DNA of 64,000 bases, from the NCBI GenBank assembly GCA_030655955.1, contig JAUSOZ010000015.1, positions 1,669 to 65,668 on the forward strand. The letters are read 5' to 3'. Source of the stretch: Deltaproteobacteria bacterium (GTDB lineage: Bacteria > Desulfobacterota > Desulfobaccia > Desulfobaccales > 0-14-0-80-60-11). The notes below the pieces were generated by a model. It ran no database searches, had not been told where the DNA came from, and was given only the letters and a program-made list of their open reading frames with translations. Of this stretch, positions 34,381 through 43,249 are shown one piece after another. The number at the start of each line of letters is the position of its first letter. Position 1 is the first letter of the stretch. Made by a program: the position numbers and the translations under genes.

Positions 34381-36963
34381 ATGGGACTGTTTGATTTTTT
34401 CCGCCGCAGAAAGAGAGCCGACGCCTCGGCTCCGAAGTTGAGAGAGATCTGGTGCGGTTTCCAGCAGATATTGGCCGACAATAACGAGGTCATGGGCCTT
34501 ATCGGCAGCCTGGAAGAGATGCTGGTGAGCCGCAAGGATCTGGACCTCCCCTATCTTAACTCCCGGATTTGTCTGCTGGACCAGCATGGTGCCTCTCTGG
34601 TGGCGGCGCTGCAAAAGATTTCCGGGGCCAGGTACCCGGAGTTGGAGTCGGCCCGGGTCCGGATCAAAGATGCTATCGTGCGGCGCCTGGAAGATGCGGC
34701 GCCCTTCCCGGCCAGCCCGCTGATCGTGCGCCTGGAGGAGGCGGGCCCCGAGTTGCTGGCAGCCCTGGGAGGCAAAGCCGGCAATCTGGCCCGGGTCAAA
34801 AACCAGTTGGATCTGCCGGTGCCCGACGGGGCGGTGGCCACGCTGTCGGCCTATAAACTCTTCATGGAGCAGGAACTGCCGGACGGTGGCGGCACGCTCC
34901 TGTCCCGGCTCAAGTCCGGGCTGCATAACCTGGACCTGGCGAATGAAACCCAGGTGGGGCAAGTTTCCCAGGAGTTACAGCACCTGATTCTGGCCCAGCC
35001 AATTCCGCCGGAGCTAGAAGCAGCCCTCCTTACGGCCGCCCAGCGCCTGGCCCCGGAAGGGGGCCATACGCTCACGGTGCGGAGCAGCGGCGGCCGGGAA
35101 GATATCACGGCGTCTTTTGCCGGCCAGTACGAGACCTTTCTGGGGGTGGCGCCGGCAGAGGTCCCCGACCGCTGGCGCCGGGTAGTGGCCAGCCAGTTCG
35201 GGGAGGGGGCGATTATTTACTTCAAACTCCAGGGCCTGCTTCTGGAAGAGGCGGCCATGGGGGTCCTGATCCAGCGTCTGGTGGATGCTACGAGCGCCGG
35301 GGTCATGTTAACCACGGACCCGGCCGGCGCCTCGCCTGAAACCCTCATGATCAGCGCCACCTGGGGCCTGGCCGCCGATCTGGTGGCCGGCAGGATGGGC
35401 GGCGATGAATACCTGGTCAACAAGGCGGATGGGGGCCTGATCCAGGCCCGGCATGGCCGCCAGGAATACCGGCTCCAGGTCCGGGATGGCCGCGTGGAGA
35501 AGCAGCCGGTGGCGCCGGAACTGCTGGAGACCCCGGTGCTGGAGGCGGGCGACCTTAAGCTCCTTTCGTCTTATGCCCGGATTTTAGAGGCCCATTGTGG
35601 CTGCCCCCATTGTGTGGAGTGGGTCAAGGATGGCCAGGGGGACCTCCAGGTGGTGCAATCCCGCCACCTGCCGCCGGCGGATAATTTCCGGTGCCCCCCT
35701 GAGGACATGGCCGCGGCCGCGGCCGGGGTCCAGGTGCTTTTAAGCGGGCATATCGGCTCGCCCGGGGTGGCGGCCGGGCCGGTTTTTTCTCTGGACCCCG
35801 GGCGCAGCCTGGCCGAGGTGCCTGCCGGGGTGGTGTTAGTGGTTCCCCGGACTACGCCGGAACTGGCCCCGGTGTTGCCCCGGATAGCCGCCCTGCTGGC
35901 CGAGACGGGTTCAGCCACCGGCCACCTGATCCTGGTGGCCAGGGAATATGGCGTCCCGGCCCTGGTGGAGGCAGGGGGCGCGGCCGGACTGCCCGCCGGT
36001 GAGGTGGTGACCGTGGACGCCTTTCACGGCAAGGTTTATCAAGGCCGGGTGGAGGATCTGCTGCGTTATCAGAGGCCCCATCCCCGGTACGCCCCTGACT
36101 CGCCGATCCTGGCGCGGCTCCGGGCCGTGGCCGATCTGATCATCCCCTTGAACCTGGTGGACCGGCGCAGCAAAGATTTCCGCCCGGAGAATTGCCGCAC
36201 CTACCACGATATCACCCGTTTTGGCCAAGAAAAGGCCATGCAGATCATGTTCGACCTCATGGACGAAGTCGCCCAGGGCCGGGTGCCGGCCCTGAAACTT
36301 CTGAAGCTCAAAACCGCGCTGCCACTCAACCTCCACCTGGTGGACCTGGGGGATGGCCTGGCCAGCCACGATACCCCGGTGCCTCCCGAAGACATCATTT
36401 CCCGGCCCATGCGGGCCTTGTGGCGGGGCATCAGCTATCCCAACATCACCTGGGCCGGTCCGGTGCCGGTGAATGTGGGCGGCTTCTTGCAAGTGCTGGG
36501 GCAGTCGGCCATTAATCCGCCGCAGAAGTTCTGGGACAAGACCTATGCCATCGTGGCGGCCAACTATGTCAATTACGCCTGCCGCCTGGGGTATCACTTC
36601 CAGAGTGTGGACAGCTATGTTGGCGATGTCCCCGCAAATAATTATATCAATTTTACCTTCAAGGGCGGGGCGGCGGACGATACCCGGCGTATCCGCCGCA
36701 TCCGGCTCATTGCCACGGTGTTGGAGCGTTTGGGTTTCACCATGGAAATTTTCGGCGATGTGATCCGGGCCCGCTTCCGCCGGCGTCCGGAAGCGGAGAT
36801 GGAAGAACGCCTGGATCTCGTGGGCCGCCTGATGGCTTATGTGCGGCAGATGGATATGCTCATGAAGGATGACAACATCAGTCAGGTCCTGGCGGAACGT
36901 TTTCTGGCCGGGCATTATGACCGGCCGGGAGAAGAGGCTGAAACCGGCGAGGCGGGCAATTAA
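34381..36963 (+). CDS. Dikinase-like protein P3 (paralog of P1/P2)
   Basis: GGKAGNLARVKNQLDLPVPDG, VRSSGGREDITASFAGQ, CVEWVKD..LQVVQSRH and swivel GSATGHLILVAREYGVPALV. The C-terminal domain has NCRTYHDITRF, VDLGDG, RLGYHF, NNYINFTFKGGAA and RRIRRIRL. Confidence 0.85.
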   Translation: MGLFDFFRRRKRADASAPKLREIWCGFQQILADNNEVMGLIGSLEEMLVSRKDLDLPYLNSRICLLDQHGASLVAALQKISGARYPELESARVRIKDAIVRRLEDAAPFPASPLIVRLEEAGPELLAALGGKAGNLARVKNQLDLPVPDGAVATLSAYKLFMEQELPDGGGTLLSRLKSGLHNLDLANETQVGQVSQELQHLILAQPIPPELEAALLTAAQRLAPEGGHTLTVRSSGGREDITASFAGQYETFLGVAPAEVPDRWRRVVASQFGEGAIIYFKLQGLLLEEAAMGVLIQRLVDATSAGVMLTTDPAGASPETLMISATWGLAADLVAGRMGGDEYLVNKADGGLIQARHGRQEYRLQVRDGRVEKQPVAPELLETPVLEAGDLKLLSSYARILEAHCGCPHCVEWVKDGQGDLQVVQSRHLPPADNFRCPPEDMAAAAAGVQVLLSGHIGSPGVAAGPVFSLDPGRSLAEVPAGVVLVVPRTTPELAPVLPRIAALLAETGSATGHLILVAREYGVPALVEAGGAAGLPAGEVVTVDAFHGKVYQGRVEDLLRYQRPHPRYAPDSPILARLRAVADLIIPLNLVDRRSKDFRPENCRTYHDITRFGQEKAMQIMFDLMDEVAQGRVPALKLLKLKTALPLNLHLVDLGDGLASHDTPVPPEDIISRPMRALWRGISYPNITWAGPVPVNVGGFLQVLGQSAINPPQKFWDKTYAIVAANYVNYACRLGYHFQSVDSYVGDVPANNYINFTFKGGAADDTRRIRRIRLIATVLERLGFTMEIFGDVIRARFRRRPEAEMEERLDLVGRLMAYVRQMDMLMKDDNISQVLAERFLAGHYDRPGEEAETGEAGN

Positions 36964-37001
36964 GCGGCGGGGGAGAATTTACCGACCCTGCCCGGGGATG
37001 T

Positions 37002-37865
37002 GTGGCAAACATGAAGAATCTTTTTCCGACGCTGGTCTGCCCCGGCGGATGGGGCAAATTGATGGTCTGCACCGACGGCTCGGACGAGGGGCAGAACGCG
37101 GTGGCGGTGGCCCTGGAACTGGCCGTGGCCTGCGACAGCCAGGTTATCGCCGTCCAGGTGCTGCACGTGGTCCCGGAATTCCAGGCGGTGGCCCCGGATT
37201 TGCGGGCTACTCTGGGAAAAGGGGTACGGGAGAATATGGCGGTTATCAAGGCCGCAGCCGACAAACTGGGGGTGGCCCTCAAGACCATGACGCCCGAGGG
37301 GCAAACGCCGCATGCCGCCATCGTGGCCACAGCCGAGAAGATCCACCCCGATCTGGTCATCATGGGCCGGTGCGGGAAAAGCGCCCTGGCCCGCATCTTG
37401 ATGGGCAATGTCACCGCCCGGGTCATCGGTCTCAGCCCGACAAACGTCCTGGTGGTGCCCCGGGGCGGCATGATTGGTTTCCAGCGTATTCTCGTGGCCT
37501 CGGATGGCTCCTCTTACAGCCAGGCAGCCTGGGAACTCGCCCTGGCCATGGCCAAGCAGGCGAAAAGCCGGTTGATCGGCGTGGCGGTGGCCCCGGAGGA
37601 AGGCGATATCATTGAGGCCAAGGCCATCATCCGCCGGATGCTCACTGCCGCCAGCCTGGTCCGGGTCCCCTTCAAGGGAGTTAACCCCCAGGGAGTCGCA
37701 CCCGATACCGGCATTGTCCAGCAGGCCATTAAACATGAGGTGGACCTGATCATCGTGGGCAGCTACGGGCGCACCGGATTGAGGAAACTCCTCATGGGGA
37801 GCGTTACCGAACGGGTTATCGGGGGCTCCCCCTGTCCCATTCTGGTGGTCAAGCAGCCGGGCTGA
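37002..37865 (+). CDS. Tandem universal stress protein (two USP domains)
   Basis: Two repeats, each with (M/L)V(C/A)(T/S)DGS ... DL(V/I)I(M/V)G ... G ... (M/L)MG(N/S)VT..V(I)..SP..VLVV. Confidence 0.9.
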   Translation: MANMKNLFPTLVCPGGWGKLMVCTDGSDEGQNAVAVALELAVACDSQVIAVQVLHVVPEFQAVAPDLRATLGKGVRENMAVIKAAADKLGVALKTMTPEGQTPHAAIVATAEKIHPDLVIMGRCGKSALARILMGNVTARVIGLSPTNVLVVPRGGMIGFQRILVASDGSSYSQAAWELALAMAKQAKSRLIGVAVAPEEGDIIEAKAIIRRMLTAASLVRVPFKGVNPQGVAPDTGIVQQAIKHEVDLIIVGSYGRTGLRKLLMGSVTERVIGGSPCPILVVKQPG

Positions 37866-37938
37866 AAGTTGTAAGAGGAGAGGCCGGGACCCTTGGCGCG
37901 AATTATGAATCAACGCCTTTAGGGCAATGCTTTCTTAT

Positions 37939-37962
37939 CCCCTCTCCCCGCTGGGGAGAGGG
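37939..37962. repeat. Family-A hairpin CCCTCTCCCC-gct-GGGGAGAGGG
   Basis: Perfect 10-bp stem between the two tandem-USP genes. Confidence 0.75.
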
Positions 37963-38046
37963 CTATGATGAGGGGGAACGCATCTGCTTTTCCGCTCCTG
38001 TTTCTAACCTGATCCCACCGCCGTGAGGCCCATGAGGAGAAGACCT

Positions 38047-38913
38047 ATGTCTGCTGCCAGCCCTTCAGCCCCTTTCCCCAAAATCCTGGTGTGTACCGAC
38101 GGCTCCCCTGACAGTGAAGGGGCCATCAGCGCCGCGCTTAATCTGGCCAAGACCACGGGAAGCACGGTCTTTCTCCTGGAAGTGCTGTTCTACCTGGCGG
38201 GATATGAGCTGCAGGCGCCGGATACCCTGGCGCCGCCAATAGTCAATATGGAATTGATGCAGGCCCAGGAGACCGCGGTGAGGGAGCGGTTAGAGGCCCG
38301 GAAGGCTGAGGCTGCCGGGGAGGGGATAACCCTGGAGCCCCGGGTCCGGACCGGGTCCTCGGCCTATGAGGGTATTTTGGAGGAAGTCGGTGAATCCCAG
38401 CCCGACCTGATTATCATGGGCCGCCACGGCTATACCGGTCTGACCCGGTTGCTCATGGGCAGTGTCACCGCCCGGGTCATCGGCCACAGCCCCTGCGACG
38501 TTCTGGTGGTGCCCCGGGAAGTTCCCTTAAGTTTTAAAAGCCTCCTGGTCGCCAGCGACGGCTCGCCGTTCAGCGAGGCCGCCTGGACCAAAGCGCTCCT
38601 GTTGGCCAAGACCATGGGCAGCGCCCTGATCGGGGTGGCGGTGGCCGCCTCCGACCGGGATATCCCGGCGGCGACGCAAGTGGTCCGGGGCCTGGAGGCG
38701 GCCGCCAGCGAGCAGGGGATCGCCCTGGACACCATGATTCCCATGGGCCGGCCGGAGGAGGGCATCGTCAAGGCGGCGGATTTCAAGGGCGCCAGCCTCA
38801 TCATCGTGGGCAGCCACGGCCGCACCGGCTTGAAGCGGCTCCTCATGGGTTCGGTGGCGGAACGGGTCATCGGCCACGCCAAATGCCCGGTGCTGGTGGT
38901 GAAGAAGAAGTGA
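38047..38913 (+). CDS. Tandem universal stress protein (two USP domains), second gene
   Basis: The ATG at 38047 is preceded by GAGGAGAAG. Repeats: ILVCTDGS ... DLIIMGRHGYTGLTRLLMGSVTARVIGHSPCDVLVV and LLVASDGS ... SLIIVGSHGRTGLKRLLMGSVAERVIGHAKCPVLVV. Confidence 0.9.
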   Translation: MSAASPSAPFPKILVCTDGSPDSEGAISAALNLAKTTGSTVFLLEVLFYLAGYELQAPDTLAPPIVNMELMQAQETAVRERLEARKAEAAGEGITLEPRVRTGSSAYEGILEEVGESQPDLIIMGRHGYTGLTRLLMGSVTARVIGHSPCDVLVVPREVPLSFKSLLVASDGSPFSEAAWTKALLLAKTMGSALIGVAVAASDRDIPAATQVVRGLEAAASEQGIALDTMIPMGRPEEGIVKAADFKGASLIIVGSHGRTGLKRLLMGSVAERVIGHAKCPVLVVKKK

Positions 38914-38938
38914 GCAGTGAGCAGTAAGCAGTGAGCAG
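38910..38938. repeat. Tandem heptamer array (GTGAGCA/GTAAGCA) starting at the USP stop codon
   Basis: gtgagca gtgagca gtaagca gtgagca g, with the TGA stop at 38911-38913 inside the first unit. The 22-mer GTGAGCAGTAAGCAGTGAGCAG (38917-38938) is identical to 43150-43171. Confidence 0.9.
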
Positions 38939-39172
38939 ATGGGTGGTAAGTCGTGGGGTGCGTCATGCGGACCCGATAAATACTATGGCTGGGAGAAGGT
39001 AGATTTCTCAGATTGCTGATAAGGGCAAGATAATCTCTATCCGCTCGATCTGGTGCCTTGCTGATTAACGAGCCCCGTATCCCTTCCCCCCAAAATGCCG
39101 GGAGCAGGGGGTTCCCCCCTGCACCCCAAAAGAATAATTATCAAATAACTCAAATAACCCAAGCAGCCAGCA

Positions 39173-39802
39173 TCATGGACCGCCTCGCACACACCATACA
39201 TAGTAGTTGCTGCTCTGTCCGTTGTAGTTCACGTAGCCTTCGAGGAAATTCACGGACCAGGCGAAGCTGACGTTGCTTGCGGTGGTACTCGACGACCAGT
39301 AGTTGCCCGACTGCACACCCTGGAAAGGACTACCCTCCTCCCACTTACCTGTTCCCAGCGTATTTGGCAGGGCGGGACCAGAATATCCATAATCGATGAG
39401 GCTCTGGAGTTCCCTGACGTTGGGCAGGCGCCAGTCACCCGCTACCGAGCCGTCTGTGAGGCCTTTGGCGGGCTCTGCCAGACCGTTGGCGGCGGTCAGG
39501 GCGGCCACCCAATTTATCGCGCCGAAAGCCTGGGCATTTTTCATCCAGATCAGTCCGGTCAGCTTATCAGTCACGGTGCCATTGTTATTGTCAGTAAAGC
39601 GCGGGGTGGGCCAGGCCACGCCCTTCTTCAAGTCCCCGTCGGTTCCCGTGCGACCATAGGCATTCGTCTGTCCGGTCTTGGGAACCGGGGCGTAGTTTCC
39701 TCTCATAGCTGGTATGACATAAAACCCATCCTCTGCACCGACCGAACTCCAACCGACCAATGCTAAAACCAACGACAGCGAAATCAACAGAAATCTTCTC
39801 AT
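39173..39802 (-). CDS. Secreted DUF1566 (Lcl C-terminal-like) domain protein
   Basis: Signal peptide MRRFLLISLSLVLALVGWSSVGA. Then VTDKLTGLIWMKNA ... GDWRLPNVRELQSL ... YWSSST ... AWSVNF ... YVWCVRGG, the typical DUF1566 pattern. Confidence 0.75.
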   Translation of the reverse strand: MRRFLLISLSLVLALVGWSSVGAEDGFYVIPAMRGNYAPVPKTGQTNAYGRTGTDGDLKKGVAWPTPRFTDNNNGTVTDKLTGLIWMKNAQAFGAINWVAALTAANGLAEPAKGLTDGSVAGDWRLPNVRELQSLIDYGYSGPALPNTLGTGKWEEGSPFQGVQSGNYWSSSTTASNVSFAWSVNFLEGYVNYNGQSSNYYVWCVRGGP

Positions 39803-40556
39803 GACTGGGCTCCTTTTTCAGGAATGGAATGGTTTGATTCTCTAAACCCCTAAAATGCTCTGATTTTTCTCAAGCAGGTCTTTCCCCGCGCGTCCGCCCT
39901 AGCCTTTGACCACCTCTTTTAGAAGGTAACCAACGGTCCTGGCTTTATGTGCTTACTGCGTTCCTGCGGACGTTAGGTTGGCGGAAGGAGAGTAGGGTCG
40001 TGCGAGAGGTACTTCAGATAGGAATTGACCAATAACCATGCAGACTTAGTGAGAGGACTGGGCTTGTTCATAGGCATAATCCCCCGGAAAAAGAAAAATC
40101 ACCTAAAGTGGCTCATACTGAATCATTCTCACATGTTCCAAATCTGTGTATTGCCTTTTAACCCGCAATTATGCGGCCGCCTTGGCCTTGCATTCGAAAA
40201 ATGGTTTTAGGGACCTCTTGGCTGCGGTGAGAATCTCCTAAAGGTACCATTCCCTATGCCGCTTCATCTCATTGACGGCAAAATACCACAAATTTACTGA
40301 AAAAAGACATTTATTTTTGATTTTTTAATGAATTATACGCTTAGAATCCGGACACCTCTTTCCTGGGAAGTCCAATGGCCCCCAGGCCAGCACCGCCCGG
40401 TAGTGGTGCACCAGGCGAATGGCGGAGGCCAAATGCACATACCACCTCCGGGTATGGTAAGAAACCCTGCGCTCATTTTGAACAAAAGATCGGTTAGACA
40501 GGCTGGGGCGTTGGTTCGCTGCTATGTATGACAACTCTTTCGATTGAAGTCAGGTT

Positions 40557-41000
40557 TCATCTTCCCTGAGACAGGGCGGCTTTGATCCTCTCCGGCAATT
40601 CCTTCGCCCGCCAGTCCGGGCCGATGGCCACCAGGGTAGCGGTACCTTCGGCCAGGAGATCGTGGCCGGTTTCCGGGTAGAACTCGAAGCGGAACAAGAT
40701 GGCCTTGGTCCGGATTTCCTGGACGCGGGTCTCGATGCGTAATAAATCCCCGTAGATACTGGGGCGGCGGAAGCGGCCCCAGGCCTCGACGATGGGCAGG
40801 CCGAAGCCCTCCGGGACATTTTTGAAGGTCTCGTGGGGCGGCAGGCTGCAGGCCCGCAAAAATTCCTCGATGGCCCGGTGGCAATAGCGGAAATAGCTGA
40901 CGAAGTAGACGATGCCGTAGGGGTCGGTGTCCCCGAAGCGCACCCTGATTTCGGTGTGGTGGACGCCGCCTTCCAGAGCTGCCGCGGGCTTAATGAGCAT
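40557..41000 (-). CDS. Acyl-CoA thioesterase, 4HBT/YbgC-like hotdog fold
   Basis: HTEIRVRFGDTDPYGIVYFVSYFRYCHRAIEEFL is the canonical N-terminal catalytic Asp region of the YbgC/4HBT class. Confidence 0.8.
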   Translation of the reverse strand: MLIKPAAALEGGVHHTEIRVRFGDTDPYGIVYFVSYFRYCHRAIEEFLRACSLPPHETFKNVPEGFGLPIVEAWGRFRRPSIYGDLLRIETRVQEIRTKAILFRFEFYPETGHDLLAEGTATLVAIGPDWRAKELPERIKAALSQGR

Positions 41001-41256
41001 AAGGTATCCTCCGGGTTAAGGGAGTTCCGGTTATGGACGGGATCATGGCGCCGGGGCGCCTCCGGGCTGGGCCGGCGAACCGGATGCGCTATCTTATTAC
41101 AAACCGGCGTTATTGGGAAACTTTTCCTGGAGTGCCCCGGTTTTGGGCGGCGGAGAACTTATGGTTTTCAGCAGGGTGTCCGGTAAGCTTATGGCTAAGA
41201 GGCCAGTCTATACCGGGAGAAAGTGCAGGGTGAGGGGGTGTCAGCCAACGAAGCCA

Positions 41257-41410
41257 CCCCTCACCCCAGCCCTCTCCCCTCCCAGGGGAGAGGGGGTTTT
41301 GGCTGCTACCGGTGTCAGACTGCGGCACCCTCGGCAAGAGCGAATGTCAAAAGTATTTTCCATAGCGGAATCATTATCATCCCCCCTACCCCCCCTGGAG
41401 AAAAGGGGCG
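41257..41410. repeat. Family-A hairpin (41257-41295) and family-D element (41376-41410)
   Basis: cccctcaccccagccctctcccctcccaggggagaggggg and atcatcccccctaccccccctggagaaaaggggcg. Confidence 0.7.
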
Positions 41411-41596
41411 AAATATTCTCTGGGAAATGCGAGAAGTTTCACATATTCGGGTTGACAGGCGCCGCAAAAGTAAATAATCTCCCCTAGTCCATTAAACCTA
41501 GTCCATGAAAATCGTTCCAGCTTTTTGGCCCGGGAGTTGTGCCGGGCCGGGCGGGGTTATGCGGGGGCGAGGGGTTACGATAAAAAGGAGTTACCT

Positions 41597-43150
41597 ATGA
41601 AGACCGTGGCCGAGAAGATCCGGGAGTTGAAGGAGAAGGAGGAGCAGATCAAGGGGATGGGTGGTGCCAAGGCTGTGGAGAAGCAGCGGGCCAGCGGCAA
41701 GCTCACCGCCCGGGAGCGGTTGGATTTGTTCTTTGACCCGGGGACCTTTCGGGAGACCGATATTTTTGTGACGCACCGCTGCGTCAACTTCGGCATGGAG
41801 AAGGTGGAGATCCCGGCGGACGGGGTGGTCACCGGCTTTGGGAAGGTGAACAATCGCCCGGTGTTCGCCTTTGCCCAGGACTTCACCAGCCGCGCCGGGT
41901 CGCTGGGGGAGATGCACAGCAAGAAGATCTGCAAGGTCATGGACCTGGCCTTGAAGGCCGGGGTGCCGTTTGTGGGGTTCAACGACTCCGGCGGGGCCCG
42001 CATCCAGGAGGGCGTGGATTCTTTGAGCGCCTACGGGCAGATTTTCTATAGGAACGCCATCGCCAGCGGCGTCATTCCCCAGGTCTCCGCCATCATGGGA
42101 CCCACCGCCGGGGGCGCGGTCTACTCGCCGGCCATGACGGATTTCATCTTCATGGTGAAGAACACGTCGTACATGTTCATCACCGGCCCCGACGTCATCA
42201 AGAGCGTCACCGGGGAGGAGATCAGCTTCGAGGCCCTGGGCGGCGCCATGGCCCACAACACCAAGTCCGGGGTGGCCCACTTCGCCTGCGAGTCCGACAG
42301 TGATGCCATCGACCAGATCAAGCGCCTGTTAAGCTACCTGCCCAACAATAACATGGAAGACCCGCCGCTTACGCCCACCGCCGACCCTGCCGGCCGGGAG
42401 GCGCCGGAGTTGGACGCCATTATCCCGGACAGCGCCGGGCAATCTTATGACATGCACGACGTCATCCGTGCCATCGTGGACGACGGCGAGTTCTTCGAGC
42501 CCCACGCCCATTTCGCCGGCAACATGGTGGTGGCCCTGGCGCGTATGGGCGGCCGGCCCATCGGCATCATCGCCAACAACCCCAGGGTGCTGGCGGGCTG
42601 CCTGGACTGCGACGCGGCGGACAAGGCCACGCGGTTCATCCGCTTCTGCGACGCCTTCAACATTCCGCTCTTAACCATCGCCGACGTGCCCGGGTACCTG
42701 CCGGGGAGCGACCAGGAGTGGCAGGGCATCATCCGGCACGGGGCCAAGCTGTTGTGGTGCTACTCCGAGGCCACGGTGCCCAAGATCACCCTGGTGACCC
42801 GGAAGGACTACGGCGGCTCGTACCTGGCCATGTGCTCCCAGGACCTGGGGGCCGACATGGTCATCGCCTGGCCCACGGCTGAGATTGCGGTGATGGGGGC
42901 GGGGGGTGCGGCCAACGTCATCTTCCGGAAAGAGATCAAGGCGGCGGCGGACCCGGTGGCCAAGCGGGCCGAGATCATCGACAATTACGAGACCCTGCTC
43001 TACAACCCGTACATTGCCGCATCGCGAGGCTTTGTGGACCAGGTGATCACGCCCCGGGAGACCAGGCCGCGGCTCATCGAGGCGTTGGAGATCCTGAGCA
43101 CCAAGCGGGAGACGTTGCCGGCCAAGAAGCACGGCAATATTCCGGTTTAG
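41597..43150 (+). CDS. Methylmalonyl-CoA/propionyl-CoA carboxyltransferase (12S-type) subunit
   Basis: The ATG at 41597 is preceded by AAGGAG. Motifs: GKLTARERLDLFFDPGTF, FAQDFTSRAGSLGEMH, GGARIQEG, MGPTAGGAVYSPA, GQSYDMHDVI, PGYLPG..QEW.GIIRHGAKLL. Confidence 0.9.
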   Translation: MKTVAEKIRELKEKEEQIKGMGGAKAVEKQRASGKLTARERLDLFFDPGTFRETDIFVTHRCVNFGMEKVEIPADGVVTGFGKVNNRPVFAFAQDFTSRAGSLGEMHSKKICKVMDLALKAGVPFVGFNDSGGARIQEGVDSLSAYGQIFYRNAIASGVIPQVSAIMGPTAGGAVYSPAMTDFIFMVKNTSYMFITGPDVIKSVTGEEISFEALGGAMAHNTKSGVAHFACESDSDAIDQIKRLLSYLPNNNMEDPPLTPTADPAGREAPELDAIIPDSAGQSYDMHDVIRAIVDDGEFFEPHAHFAGNMVVALARMGGRPIGIIANNPRVLAGCLDCDAADKATRFIRFCDAFNIPLLTIADVPGYLPGSDQEWQGIIRHGAKLLWCYSEATVPKITLVTRKDYGGSYLAMCSQDLGADMVIAWPTAEIAVMGAGGAANVIFRKEIKAAADPVAKRAEIIDNYETLLYNPYIAASRGFVDQVITPRETRPRLIEALEILSTKRETLPAKKHGNIPV

Positions 43151-43177
43151 TGAGCAGTAAGCAGTGAGCAGTAAAAG
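43150..43177. repeat. Tandem heptamer array (GTGAGCA/GTAAGCA) starting at the carboxyltransferase stop codon
   Basis: ta|gtgagca gtaagca gtgagca gtaaaag. It shares an identical 22-mer with 38917-38938. Confidence 0.9.
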
Positions 43178-43195
43178 AGTGGTGATTGCAGGTTT

Positions 43196-43237
43196 TTGAA
43201 CCTTGAATCTTGAACTTTGAACTTTGAACTTTGAACT
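43196..43237. repeat. Tandem heptamer array (TTGAACY x6)
   Basis: ttgaacc ttgaatc ttgaact ttgaact ttgaact ttgaact. It ends 12 nt before the ATG at 43250. Confidence 0.9.
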
Positions 43238-43249
43238 GACGAGGTGGAG

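Noticed and set aside
41525-41596. N-terminal extension of the carboxyltransferase ORF (track start 41525)
   Set aside because: The extension is Arg/Gly/Ala-rich with no homology-like sequence. AAGGAG lies 7 nt upstream of the ATG at 41597, which matches family N-termini (MKTVAEKIRELKEKE..).
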